A stretch of 64,000 bases of DNA from Pirellulales bacterium (GTDB taxonomy: Bacteria; Planctomycetota; Planctomycetia; Pirellulales; JAICIG01): assembly GCA_040901675.1 (NCBI GenBank), contig JBBDYJ010000031.1:185220-249219 (forward strand), read 5' to 3'. Of this stretch, positions 1 through 8,206 are shown in pieces. Within the stretch, counting starts at the first letter, position 1. The number at the start of each line of letters is the position of its first letter. A program made the translations under genes and the position numbers. The notes beneath the pieces were generated by a model that made no database searches, was not told the origin of the DNA, and worked only from the letters and a program-made list of their open reading frames with translations.

Positions 1-167
1 TTTGAGCGAGGACAGCGCGAACTCGAGCATCTCCACATGTCCAGCTTCGTCGACAGGCGAGAAGCAGACGGACTCGTCGGCACCGGGATGAGTATGGACT
101 TCGACGATGCCAGCGCCAGACCATCCACCTCAAAGCAAAAGCTGGCCTGCTCCGCCGTCTGCGTCAT
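1..167 (-). pseudogene. Disrupted gene running off the left edge: ubiquitin-like-looking start (MTQTAEQASFCFEVDG) joined out of frame to a JAB/MPN+ metalloprotease segment (GIVEVHTHPGADESVCFSPVDEAGHVEMLEFALSSLK)
   Basis: Manual translation. Minus-strand RBS AAAGGAG (177-183) and ATG at 167. The JAB frame (codons ending at position 1) is closed upstream by TGA at 130-132 and carries HxHP-x7-S-xx-D. Confidence 0.65.
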
Positions 168-253
168 TGGTCACTACTCCTTTCTAGGGGTCCCGGTCTT
201 GCAATGCGCCGGGACTTCGGTATAGCATCACTTCCGGCGGCCGTTCCGCCTGT

Positions 254-288
254 ATTCGATTTACCGAAGTATATTCGCTTTGGCGAAT
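254..288. promoter_or_regulatory. Two tandem TTCG-N6-CGAA palindromic operators, probably bound by the adjacent XRE protein
   Basis: TTCGatttacCGAA (255-268) and ATTCGCtttgGCGAAT (273-288), 19 bp apart, overlapping the -10 and the spacer. Confidence 0.6.
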
Positions 289-296
289 CGCGTCAA
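268..296 (-). promoter_or_regulatory. sigma70-type promoter for the leftward operon (TTGACG-17bp-TATACT)
   Basis: Reverse complement of 268-296 is TTGACG cgattcgccaaagcgaa TATACT. Confidence 0.75.
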
Positions 297-313
297 GCCA
301 AGGTGCCGCGGTC

Positions 314-748
314 GTGGAATTTGGAACGCAACAGCGGATCGACGTTGGGCGGAGGATTAAAGGCGCCCGGCAAGCGAACGACTTAACCGCACAGCAGCTG
401 GCCAAGCTCGCCGGCTTAAGCCCGGGGTACCTGTCCGAGGTCGAGCGAGGGCTGTCGGCCGTCTCAAGTGAAAAACTCGCAAGGATCGCCCGCGTGCTCC
501 AGGTCACCGTCGATTACCTCTTGGAAGGGCCCCGGGAGACCCCGAAGGCAGAAGACGAAGTCCGGATTCCCGCTGCGTTGTCGGCCGCAGCCGAGCAGCT
601 TCGCCTCTCGCACAAGGCCACGTTGCGCTTGCTTCAGGGAAAGGAGTCGCTGGTCGCAAAGCGATCCGCTGCACACGACGCAGACTGGGCTCTCCAGGAC
701 TGGGTACGGTTCTATAAGAAGGTCAAGGATTACCTGCCGAACGATTGA
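314..748 (+). CDS. XRE/Cro-family HTH transcriptional regulator with C-terminal extension (CapH/ImmR-like)
   Basis: VGRRIKGARQANDLTAQQLAKLAGLSPGYLSEVERG..LARIARVLQVTVDYLL is a typical XRE HTH. It overlaps the next gene by 4 bp. Confidence 0.9.
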   Translation: MEFGTQQRIDVGRRIKGARQANDLTAQQLAKLAGLSPGYLSEVERGLSAVSSEKLARIARVLQVTVDYLLEGPRETPKAEDEVRIPAALSAAAEQLRLSHKATLRLLQGKESLVAKRSAAHDADWALQDWVRFYKKVKDYLPND

Positions 749-1497
749 GGCGGAAAATGGTAGCAACGACCGCTGGTGACTTGATTCGTTTGGATGCAAT
801 CGCAAAGCACCTGGGCACGGCCACCCGGTGGGGCGACGAAGGGTTCGAGCAGGAGGCCATTACAGAATGCTTGACACGAATCCGACCAGTCGTCGTTGGA
901 GCCCGCGCCCAAAGCGGCGAGCATGTTATCGCGGCACTGGCTACCCACTATGCCGTGCATTTTGAAGAGGTTCACGATTCCCGAGACATCGATGCTCTTG
1001 AAGAGAAGTATCTGAAGAAGCAGCGCGAGTTGGGTTTTGGCCGGCTGCGAGACGAGTTAGAAGATCCTTCCGTCGACGCCCTGCTCATTCAGAGAATAGA
1101 AGCTCGATCGACAGACCCCGACAAATGGGTGGCGGTTCTAAATCTGCAGCGAGCACCATCCGCGAACGCCGTCGTTAAGCACTGGCCAAGACCTGCCATG
1201 CTTCTTACGGCCGCCCTCAACGGAAGAAAGAACGCTCCGCAAAAAGACCGCGAACTGCGTGTCGTCCCACAGGCCAGGAACACGCTGGCACGAGCTGCTG
1301 GACTGTTTGTCATTCCTAACATGCGGATCCCCCGCACCAGCCCGGCGTACGCTGCTTTCGTCGAGAACGGACGGGCCGACGACTTCGAAAACCTGGCCAC
1401 TTGGACAACTTCCTCGGGGAAATCGCTCGCCCACGTCCGTGCGTTCGTCTCGGCGATGAAGTTAGCGGACATAATCTATGTCATGGTGTCGTTGTAG
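745..1497 (+). CDS. IrrE/ImmA/CapP-like metallopeptidase-family protein apparently lacking its HExxH segment (possible internal deletion near 1150)
   Basis: Coupled to the XRE gene. DALLI..WVAVLNLQR resembles the strand preceding HExxH in this family, but no HExxH follows. The C-terminus resembles the GAF-like tail (WPRPAMLL..NMRIP..ENLATW). Confidence 0.55.
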   Translation: MRRKMVATTAGDLIRLDAIAKHLGTATRWGDEGFEQEAITECLTRIRPVVVGARAQSGEHVIAALATHYAVHFEEVHDSRDIDALEEKYLKKQRELGFGRLRDELEDPSVDALLIQRIEARSTDPDKWVAVLNLQRAPSANAVVKHWPRPAMLLTAALNGRKNAPQKDRELRVVPQARNTLARAAGLFVIPNMRIPRTSPAYAAFVENGRADDFENLATWTTSSGKSLAHVRAFVSAMKLADIIYVMVSL

Positions 1498-1624
1498 ACC
1501 ATGGAAACATAGGGCTTCCGAACCGAGGACGCGGGGAAGACGGATTTGCGGATTTTTAGCCTCCGAGTTTTGCGGGCCTCGCGGAACACAACACGAAATT
1601 CCGTTCAAAATTCCGACCACCCCC

Positions 1625-1658
1625 TTGACATCCGGCCACCGCCTGCGGTATGTATAAG
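1625..1658 (+). promoter_or_regulatory. Putative sigma70 promoter upstream of the repeat array
   Basis: Perfect TTGACA at 1625-1630 followed by TATGTATAAG at 1649-1658. Confidence 0.4.
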
Positions 1659-1722
1659 GAGTGGTTGGTGGGCAGTGCTTAGTGGCTAGTGGACGAGCAC
1701 CGTCCCGGAGTAATTCCTCGTT

Positions 1723-2503
1723 CCTAGCAAACCAGCAACCAAGAACCAGCAACTAGCAACTAGCTAGCCCCAAGATCCAACTACCAAGCCCCAAGCTGTC
1801 GATCGCGGCTTGAAGGCGAGCCAGTTTCGCGGGCCGATGGGGCCAGCTACTGGCCTGCGGAATCCGGATCGAGCAGCGGACAAGCCCCAAAGCCCCAAGA
1901 CCAAAGAACCAAGCTCAAAGCACCAAGTACCAAGCCCCCATCTTCCCCAAGTTCCGGATTGTTCGGATTAAAGTCGCGAAAAGTGCTGAACAACTCAATT
2001 GCCTCAATTGCCAATAGTGCCCATGGTCCCGCACGCAGCGGACCTCCGGAAGACCAATGACCAATGACCAATGACCAATGACCAATGACGTCCCCATCCA
2101 GTTCTGACGCTTAAATCACCGAAAACTGCGCAATAACTCGATTTGCAGTGGCTCGCAGCTAGCGGTCACTGGCCCATGGTCCCGCCCGCAGCGGACCTCC
2201 TATTCCACCAACCAAGAACCAGACTTCGGCGAGCTCAGTCGAGTCGCAACCAGCAACTACTTCTGACTTCTGACCCCTAAACCACCGTAAATCGGGAAAC
2301 AACTCAATTGAGCGGCCCGTAGCTCTGGTCATTGGCCCATGGTCCCGCCCCCAGCGGACCTCCGGCACGCGACCAAAGAACAAAGAACCAAGTCCCAAGA
2401 CCCAAGACCCAGTTCCGACTTCTGACCCTTAAACCACCGTAAATCGGGAAACAACTCAAAATGCAGTGACCGCTACCTCGTGGTTTCCTCCCGAGGCGGA
2501 CCT
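1723..2503 (+). repeat. Tandem array, ~145-165 bp period: 31-bp box A, 29-bp hairpin box B and variable heptamer-repeat spacers
   Basis: Box A at 1968, 2111, 2277 and 2429 (ttaaaccaccgtaaatcgggaaacaactcaa-like). Box B gcccatggtcccgcNcNcagcggacctcc at 2019, 2172 and 2335, degenerate at ~1850-1881 and ~2481-2503. Confidence 0.85.
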
Positions 2504-2668
2504 TTGGTTCCTGCGGCGGACTTGTCCTCCACACCCCGCCCTGCAGCCCCGAACAGGAGCGTTCGCCCCTTCGGAGTCCCTACTTTTGTCGCCGTGCAGG
2601 AAAATGCCCTTTCGCCGTGGAGCGCCGGCGGGTAGCATTAAATTCGCTTCGAATTCAGTGCGAAAGGA

Positions 2669-2983
2669 ATGCTGATGGTGAATCTGCAAAGCGGCGTCGA
2701 CTCGCTGACCAACTTTAAGCGGCAGACGGCGGCCTATCTGGACCAACTGCACAAGACCGGCGAACCGGTGGTGCTCACCGTCAATGGCAAGGCGGAAGTC
2801 GTGGTTCAGGACGCCGCGGCCTATCAGCGGCTTTTGGAATTGGCCGCCCGGCGCGACCGGGAAGAGACCGTGGCGGCGATTCGGCAGGGGCTGGCCGACG
2901 TGGAGGCGGGCCGCACCAAGCTAGCGCGTGCGGCGCTGAAGGCCCTCGCGAAGAAGTATGGAATCTCCTCGTCGGGCAGGTAA
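2669..2983 (+). CDS. Phd/YefM-family antitoxin
   Basis: SLTNFKRQTAAYLDQLHKTGEPVVLTVNGKAEVVVQDAAAYQ motif. Confidence 0.9.
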   Translation: MLMVNLQSGVDSLTNFKRQTAAYLDQLHKTGEPVVLTVNGKAEVVVQDAAAYQRLLELAARRDREETVAAIRQGLADVEAGRTKLARAALKALAKKYGISSSGR

Positions 2984-2984
2984 C

Positions 2985-3012
2985 GTGAAATACCAGGTTC
3001 GACTGACCGAGT
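2985..3012 (+). pseudogene. 5' stub of a RelE/ParE-family toxin (MKYQVRLT...)
   Basis: GTG one base after the antitoxin stop. The ParE-like N-terminus loses similarity after ~9 codons and runs into the convergent gene. Confidence 0.55.
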
Positions 3013-3039
3013 TTGTGAGGACCGCATTCAAGAAAGCCG

Positions 3040-4443
3040 CTAGGCGGGCTGGTGGCCGGCGAAGCGCGAGGCGCCTGCGCGCTCGTGATCTTCCAGGCCG
3101 AGCCGCTTCATCTTCTTGTAGAGCGTGGTGCGGTTGATGCCCAGGGCCTCCGCCGTGGCGTGCCGGTTCCAATCGTGGAGCTCCAGCACTTCCAAAATGA
3201 TCTGCCGCTCGGGGCCCTCCAAGGCCTGCTTCAGTGTCCGGCTGCCGACTGTTTCCAGCACCAAGGGCCGCGAGGCCAGCCCGCTGGGCAGGTCGTCCAG
3301 GCGGATCATGTCGCTCTTGCCCAAGAGCACCGCCCGCTCCACCACGTTCTGCAGCTCGCGGACATTGCCTGGCCAGGGATGCCGCTGCAGGGCCGCCAGG
3401 GCTTCCTCGGCAAAGCCCCGCACGTTCTTGCCGGTCTCTTCGCGGATGCGCTCCAGGAAGTGCTGGGCCAAAAGCGGGATGTCCGAGAGCCGCTCGCGCA
3501 GGCTGGGCAGCTCGATGTTGATGACGTTGACGCGGTAATAGAGGTCCTGGCGAAAGCGGCCTTCCCGCACCAGCCGCTCCAGGTTTTCGTTGGTGGCCAG
3601 GATGACCCGGGCGTCGACCCGGAAAGTCTTGTTGCCACCCACCTGCTCGAACTCGAACTCCTGCAAGACGCGGAGCAGCTTCACTTGCATGCCGGGACTG
3701 GCGGTGCCGATCTCGTCCAGGAAAATCGTGCCGCCGTCGGCCTGCAGGAACTTGCCCACCTTGTCGTGCCCGGCCCCGGTGAAGGCGCCGGCCACGTGGC
3801 CGAACAACTCGCTCTCCAGCAGGTTTTCGGGCAACGCGCCGCAAGCCACCTCGACGAAGGGGCGGTCGCGGCGGCCGCTGCGGCGATGGATGGCCCGTGC
3901 GATCAACGACTTGCCCGTTCCGCTCTCGCCGCTGAACAGCACGGTGGCCCTGGTGTCGGCAATGCTGTCGATGACGTCGAACACCTTGCGCATCCGGCCG
4001 TTCTGGCCGACGATGTTCTCCAGGCCGAACCGTATGTCGAGCTGGGCCTTGAGATGCTTGTTCTCCTCGATCACGCGCCGCTGGTTCAAGGCCCGCTCGA
4101 TGGCCATCGCCAACTCGTCGTCCAAGAGGGGCTTGGTCAGCAGGTCGAACGCGCCGCGGCGGATCGCTTCGACCGCGGTCTCGACGGTGCCATAACCGGT
4201 GATCAGGATCACGGAGGTCTGAGGGCGGTGACGCCGGGCGTGCGCCAGGACCTCGAAGCCGTCGCCTTCGCCCAGGCGGATGTCGGCCAGCACCAGGTCA
4301 TAGGCCTTCTTGTCCAAGGCCTGCACGGCCGCCGCCTGGCTGGCAGCCGTGTCGAGCTGGTATCCTTGCTCGCGCAGCCAGTCGGCCATCGACTCGAGGA
4401 TGTGTCGGTCGTCGTCGACCAGCAAGATCGAGCTTGGTTTCAT
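3040..4443 (-). CDS. sigma54-dependent NtrC/AtoC-family response regulator
   Basis: REC (ILLVDDD), Walker [23 protein letters not shown], Fis HTH. Start taken at MKPSSILL. Confidence 0.95.
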   Translation of the reverse strand: MKPSSILLVDDDRHILESMADWLREQGYQLDTAASQAAAVQALDKKAYDLVLADIRLGEGDGFEVLAHARRHRPQTSVILITGYGTVETAVEAIRRGAFDLLTKPLLDDELAMAIERALNQRRVIEENKHLKAQLDIRFGLENIVGQNGRMRKVFDVIDSIADTRATVLFSGESGTGKSLIARAIHRRSGRRDRPFVEVACGALPENLLESELFGHVAGAFTGAGHDKVGKFLQADGGTIFLDEIGTASPGMQVKLLRVLQEFEFEQVGGNKTFRVDARVILATNENLERLVREGRFRQDLYYRVNVINIELPSLRERLSDIPLLAQHFLERIREETGKNVRGFAEEALAALQRHPWPGNVRELQNVVERAVLLGKSDMIRLDDLPSGLASRPLVLETVGSRTLKQALEGPERQIILEVLELHDWNRHATAEALGINRTTLYKKMKRLGLEDHERAGASRFAGHQPA

Positions 4444-4797
4444 CGATGCCAACCCTGCAATTCTTCCAACCCTGCAATTCTTCCAACCACGGCCCGGCGG
4501 GCGGAGCCAGCCGCGCCGACGCCTCCCGGTCCTTTGCCGGCAATGCAAGGGGCGGCGGCAGCACGGCTGCTGGACGCGGATGGGGAGCTCTTGACAAGCC
4601 TTGTCGAAGATTATCTACGTTACGGGTTGACGAGGGTCAACAACCTGCGGTGGCCGGAGAATGCGCGCGAACGCGCGCCTTTGGAGACTTCCGGCCGGAT
4701 CGGCGGCGCGGACAAGAGCGGTTGTCCGGATTGCGCCGGATGAATACGCTTATAATGGACGAGACAGGCGGGGCGATCGATCCGTTTTGAGGTTGGC

Positions 4798-5430
4798 ATG
4801 GCGATTCGGGTTCTAGTTGTCGACGATCACGAAGTCGTTCGCAGCGGGCTGGCCAGCCTGCTCGAAGGCACCCAGGTCGAGGTGGTGGCGCTGGCATCGG
4901 GCGGCGACGAGGCGCTGCCGTTGGCTCACCGGCACCGTCCGGACATCGTGCTCCTGGATATCCGAATGAACGGTATGGACGGCCTGGCCACGCTCGAGGA
5001 GCTCAGGCGCACCGTGCCCGAATGCCGTGTCATCATGCTCTCCTCCTACGACAACCCGACCTACGTGGCACGGGCCAACGCCCTGGGCGCCAGCGACTAC
5101 CTGCTCAAAGGCTCGACCCGCGAGCAGTTGCTGGGGGCCATCGCCGCCGTGGCCGCCGGAAAGGCGCCTTCCGACGTGGGCGAGATGCGCCGCGTGGCCG
5201 GAGCCATGGCCGCCCGGCAGAAGCAGCACGACGTCGACGTCGCGCTGACCCAGCGCGAAACTCAAGTGCTGCGGCACCTGGCGCTGGGGCTGAGCAACAA
5301 GGAGATAGGCCGTTCGCTGTCGATCAGCATCGAAACGGTCAAGGAGCACGTGCAGCACCTGCTCCGCAAGATCAACGCGGCCGACCGGACCCAGGCCGCC
5401 GTCTGGGCCGTCCGCAAGGGGCTGGTGTGA
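4798..5430 (+). CDS. NarL/LuxR-family response regulator
   Basis: REC domain plus LTQRETQVL..GLSNKEI..TVKEHV. Confidence 0.95.
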   Translation: MAIRVLVVDDHEVVRSGLASLLEGTQVEVVALASGGDEALPLAHRHRPDIVLLDIRMNGMDGLATLEELRRTVPECRVIMLSSYDNPTYVARANALGASDYLLKGSTREQLLGAIAAVAAGKAPSDVGEMRRVAGAMAARQKQHDVDVALTQRETQVLRHLALGLSNKEIGRSLSISIETVKEHVQHLLRKINAADRTQAAVWAVRKGLV

Positions 5431-5474
5431 TTCAAAGGAGGAAGCCTTCCTATCGCCTCTTCGCCTCCTCGTAG

Positions 5475-6374
5475 TCAGCGGGCCCGGGGATGGGCCTTTT
5501 CGTAGGCGGCACGCAGGTTGGCGGTGCTCAGATGGGTGTAAATCTGCGTGGTGACCAGGCTCTTGTGGCCCAGCAGCTCTTGCACGCTGCGAATGTCGGC
5601 TCCGCGGTCCAAGAGGTGCGTGGCAAAGCTGTGCCGCAACGTATGGGGGGTCGTGCGGCGATCCAGGCCCGACGCGGCCAGGTGCTTTTCCAACAGGCGC
5701 CCCACGCTGCGGGTCGTCAGCCGCCGGCCGAACTTGTTGACGAACACGGGGGCCGAACCTCCCTCGGGCTCGCGCGGGCTGAGGCGCCGCACCCGCAGCC
5801 AGCGGAGCAGGGCCTTGGCGGCGAATGAGCCGATCGGCGCCAATCGCTCCCGCCGCCCCTTGCCTCGAACGCGGACGACCCCCGCCTCGCGGTCCCAATC
5901 GCCGTCGTTCAGGCCGACCAGCTCGCTGACTCGCAGTCCCGCCGAATAGAGGGTTTCGAGGATCGCCCGGTCGCGCACGCCCAGCGGTTCGGCGGCGGGC
6001 GGCACCTCGAGCAGCCTGGCCAGCTCGGCGGTCGACAGGAAGTGGGGCAGGGAGCGATTTTTCCGCGGGTTGCGCAGCGGCTTGGCCGGATTGCCGCGCG
6101 TCCAGCCTTCACGCTGGGCGAAACGGTAGAAGCTGCGCAGCGAAGCCAGCCGGCGTGCGATCGTGGTCCGCGCATAGCCCGCCTCGTGGAGCCAGGCGGC
6201 ATAGCCACGCAGGTCGAGCGTGGTGATCGTGGCCGGATCGGCCGGCCGGCCTTGCTTCTCGGCCAGATAGGCGGCCAGGGCAGCCAGGTCCTCGCGGTAG
6301 CTCTTGATCGTCAGCGGCGAGGCGTTCCGCTCGACGCGCAGGTAATCGAGAAACCGCGCGATGGCCGTCTGCAT
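5475..6374 (-). CDS. xerC: Tyrosine recombinase XerC
   Basis: [49 protein letters not shown]; 299 aa with no IntI patch. Confidence 0.9.
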   Translation of the reverse strand: MQTAIARFLDYLRVERNASPLTIKSYREDLAALAAYLAEKQGRPADPATITTLDLRGYAAWLHEAGYARTTIARRLASLRSFYRFAQREGWTRGNPAKPLRNPRKNRSLPHFLSTAELARLLEVPPAAEPLGVRDRAILETLYSAGLRVSELVGLNDGDWDREAGVVRVRGKGRRERLAPIGSFAAKALLRWLRVRRLSPREPEGGSAPVFVNKFGRRLTTRSVGRLLEKHLAASGLDRRTTPHTLRHSFATHLLDRGADIRSVQELLGHKSLVTTQIYTHLSTANLRAAYEKAHPRAR

Positions 6375-6383
6375 GGAGCGCGT

Positions 6384-6635
6384 CTAGTGGATCTCGTCGG
6401 TATCGCTGGGCAGCGGCAGGTCGAACCGCCGCGCGTGCGCCGGCTGCGGCACGGCCGTCTCCTGGCGGATCTTCTGGCTCAACACGGCCGCGTCGTACCA
6501 GGTGAAGCTGAGGTCGGGGTTGGATGCGTACCGTCCCAGCACGCGGAGCGTTTCGGCCCGGCTGGCATCGTCGTACAAGAACACATACCGTTCCGCACCC
6601 TTCACCAGCGCCAAAACATTGATATCTTGTGGCAC
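6384..6635 (-). CDS. Conserved hypothetical protein (planctomycete-type)
   Basis: DINVLALVKGAERYVFLYDD..LSFTWYDAAVL; RBS GGAGAGG upstream. Confidence 0.8.
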   Translation of the reverse strand: MPQDINVLALVKGAERYVFLYDDASRAETLRVLGRYASNPDLSFTWYDAAVLSQKIRQETAVPQPAHARRFDLPLPSDTDEIH

Positions 6636-7076
6636 GGCCGGTACCTCTCCTTCCGCTCGATGCCCCCTGTCGGCGCGGCGAGCGAAACTCCCTGTTCGCT
6701 CGCTTCCAGCGCTGCCACTGGCTTTATCGGCCGGTTGGCCAGCGCCACACTACTCGTGTTTCTCCGGCGCAGGCGCGAACGGCCAGCACCTCGGAGATGT
6801 GCAAATGACAACGGAAGCGGATGCAGCGGCGAATCGTCAGGACGGCAAGTCGATGACCGGGCCAAAGCGCGGACCATCGGCAGTTGCCGCTACTATCGGC
6901 ACAACCGCTACGGTTTCTGGAGAGATTTGGAAGCGGAGATTTGGAGGCGACTGGGTCCGGCCCTGTTCGCGCAAAACACCCAAATTGTCCGTTGCTTCGG
7001 GCATCGGGGGTGTGGCCCGCCGAATCGAAGCGGCCGGGCCGCGAGCTACCGCCGCCGGGAGCCGTTGCTCCGGCGG

Positions 7077-8198
7077 CTAGCGCTCGAGATGGGCCCGGTT
7101 GCGCGACAGCGCCGACAGCATCGACGGGTCCGGCTCGGTGCCGATGCCCGGCTCGGTCGAGGCGGCGACCTGGGGTCCACCGCCGGCGGCGCGGACCAGC
7201 TCGATGGGTGGCCGAGCCAGGTCCTCCTGGTAGAACCGGCTCGTCGGAAAGATGTCGGCCGGGTAAGCGAAGTGGTCCAGCGTCGCCAGGGCGGTGGCGA
7301 TGCGGGCGCCGATCGCGCTTTCCAGCATGCCGCCGACCCAGCATCCGACGCCCGCCTCCCGGCACAGGTCGTGAATGGCGACGGCCGGCGTCAATCCGCC
7401 CACGCGGCCGGGCTTGATGTTGATCCAGCGGCAACTGCCCAGCTCGATGGCCTGCTCGGCCCTGAAGACCGAGCCGACGCTTTCGTCCAGGCAGACCGGC
7501 GTGCGGATGGCCGACTGCAGCCGTGCGTGGTCGACCAGGTCGTCGTGCGACAAGGGCTGCTCGATCATCGCCAGGTTGAAGTCGTCCAGCCGGCAGAACA
7601 TGTCGAACTGTTCCATCCGGTAGCCGCCGTTGCAGTCGATGTGGATCGTTTGCGTGGGGAACTCGTTGCGCACGGCCCGCAGCATGGCGATGTCCCAGCC
7701 GGGCCGGTACTTGAGCTTGATCCGCTGGAAACCATCCTGGACGGCCTGCCCCACGCCCTCGAGCAGTTGGCCGATCGAATCCATCACCCCGAAGTCGGCG
7801 CCGACGTCGATCGCGTCGCGCGTGGCGCCCAGCAGCCGGTGCAGCGGCTGCCCGCGCCGCCGCGCTTCGAGCACCCACCAGGCGGTGTCGAGGGCCGCTT
7901 TGGCAAACGGGTTGCCTTTGAAGTGGGCCAGTCGGGCCTGCAAGTCGTGGCCTGATTCGACCGATTGCCCGACCAGCGCCGGCGCCAGCCAATCGCGGAT
8001 GCAGACGAAGGCGCCGGCGGCGAATTCCGGACTATAGCAAGGGGCGGCCAGCGGGCTGGCTTCGCCCCAGCCCACCAGCTCGCCGCTGCGCATGCCGACG
8101 AGCAGCGACTCGACCGTTGCGTCTTCGCCGTAGGCGGTGCGCCACGGGCTCAACAAGGGCATCGCCACGTGATGAATCTCGATCGCGTCGATCCGCAT
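7077..8198 (-). CDS. menC: o-succinylbenzoate synthase / N-acylamino acid racemase (enolase superfamily)
   Basis: KLK, DCN, EQP, DES, NIKPGRVGG motifs. Start at MRIDAIEIH. Confidence 0.85.
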   Translation of the reverse strand: MRIDAIEIHHVAMPLLSPWRTAYGEDATVESLLVGMRSGELVGWGEASPLAAPCYSPEFAAGAFVCIRDWLAPALVGQSVESGHDLQARLAHFKGNPFAKAALDTAWWVLEARRRGQPLHRLLGATRDAIDVGADFGVMDSIGQLLEGVGQAVQDGFQRIKLKYRPGWDIAMLRAVRNEFPTQTIHIDCNGGYRMEQFDMFCRLDDFNLAMIEQPLSHDDLVDHARLQSAIRTPVCLDESVGSVFRAEQAIELGSCRWINIKPGRVGGLTPAVAIHDLCREAGVGCWVGGMLESAIGARIATALATLDHFAYPADIFPTSRFYQEDLARPPIELVRAAGGGPQVAASTEPGIGTEPDPSMLSALSRNRAHLER

Positions 8199-8206
8199 AA
8201 GCCGGC

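Noticed and set aside
110..135. Programmed frameshift joining the Ubl-like start to JAB
   Set aside because: There is no convincing slippery site at the junction, and the product would lack the JAB N-terminal catalytic Glu region, so a deletion is more plausible.
1950..2503. CRISPR array
   Set aside because: The repeats are bipartite and degenerate, the spacers are low-complexity heptamer runs of variable length, and there are no cas genes.
1847..2534. Short minus-strand ORFs (e.g. SLVIGHWSLVIG)
   Set aside because: They are translations of heptamer repeats, with no RBS or protein-like composition.
3052..4743. Long antisense or alternate-frame ORFs (also 24034-25809, 20575-22752, 49985-52417, 54322-57039)
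   Set aside because: They are shadows of well-supported genes, as expected in high-GC DNA.
5475..6374. xerC as a prophage or integron integrase
   Set aside because: It has typical chromosomal XerC length and motifs, no IntI insertion, and housekeeping neighbours.
6640..7070. Gene or ncRNA in the 430-bp gap (hairpin gcgagcgaa..ttcgctcgc near 6677-6702)
   Set aside because: No recognisable protein or RNA family; a single hairpin is insufficient evidence.
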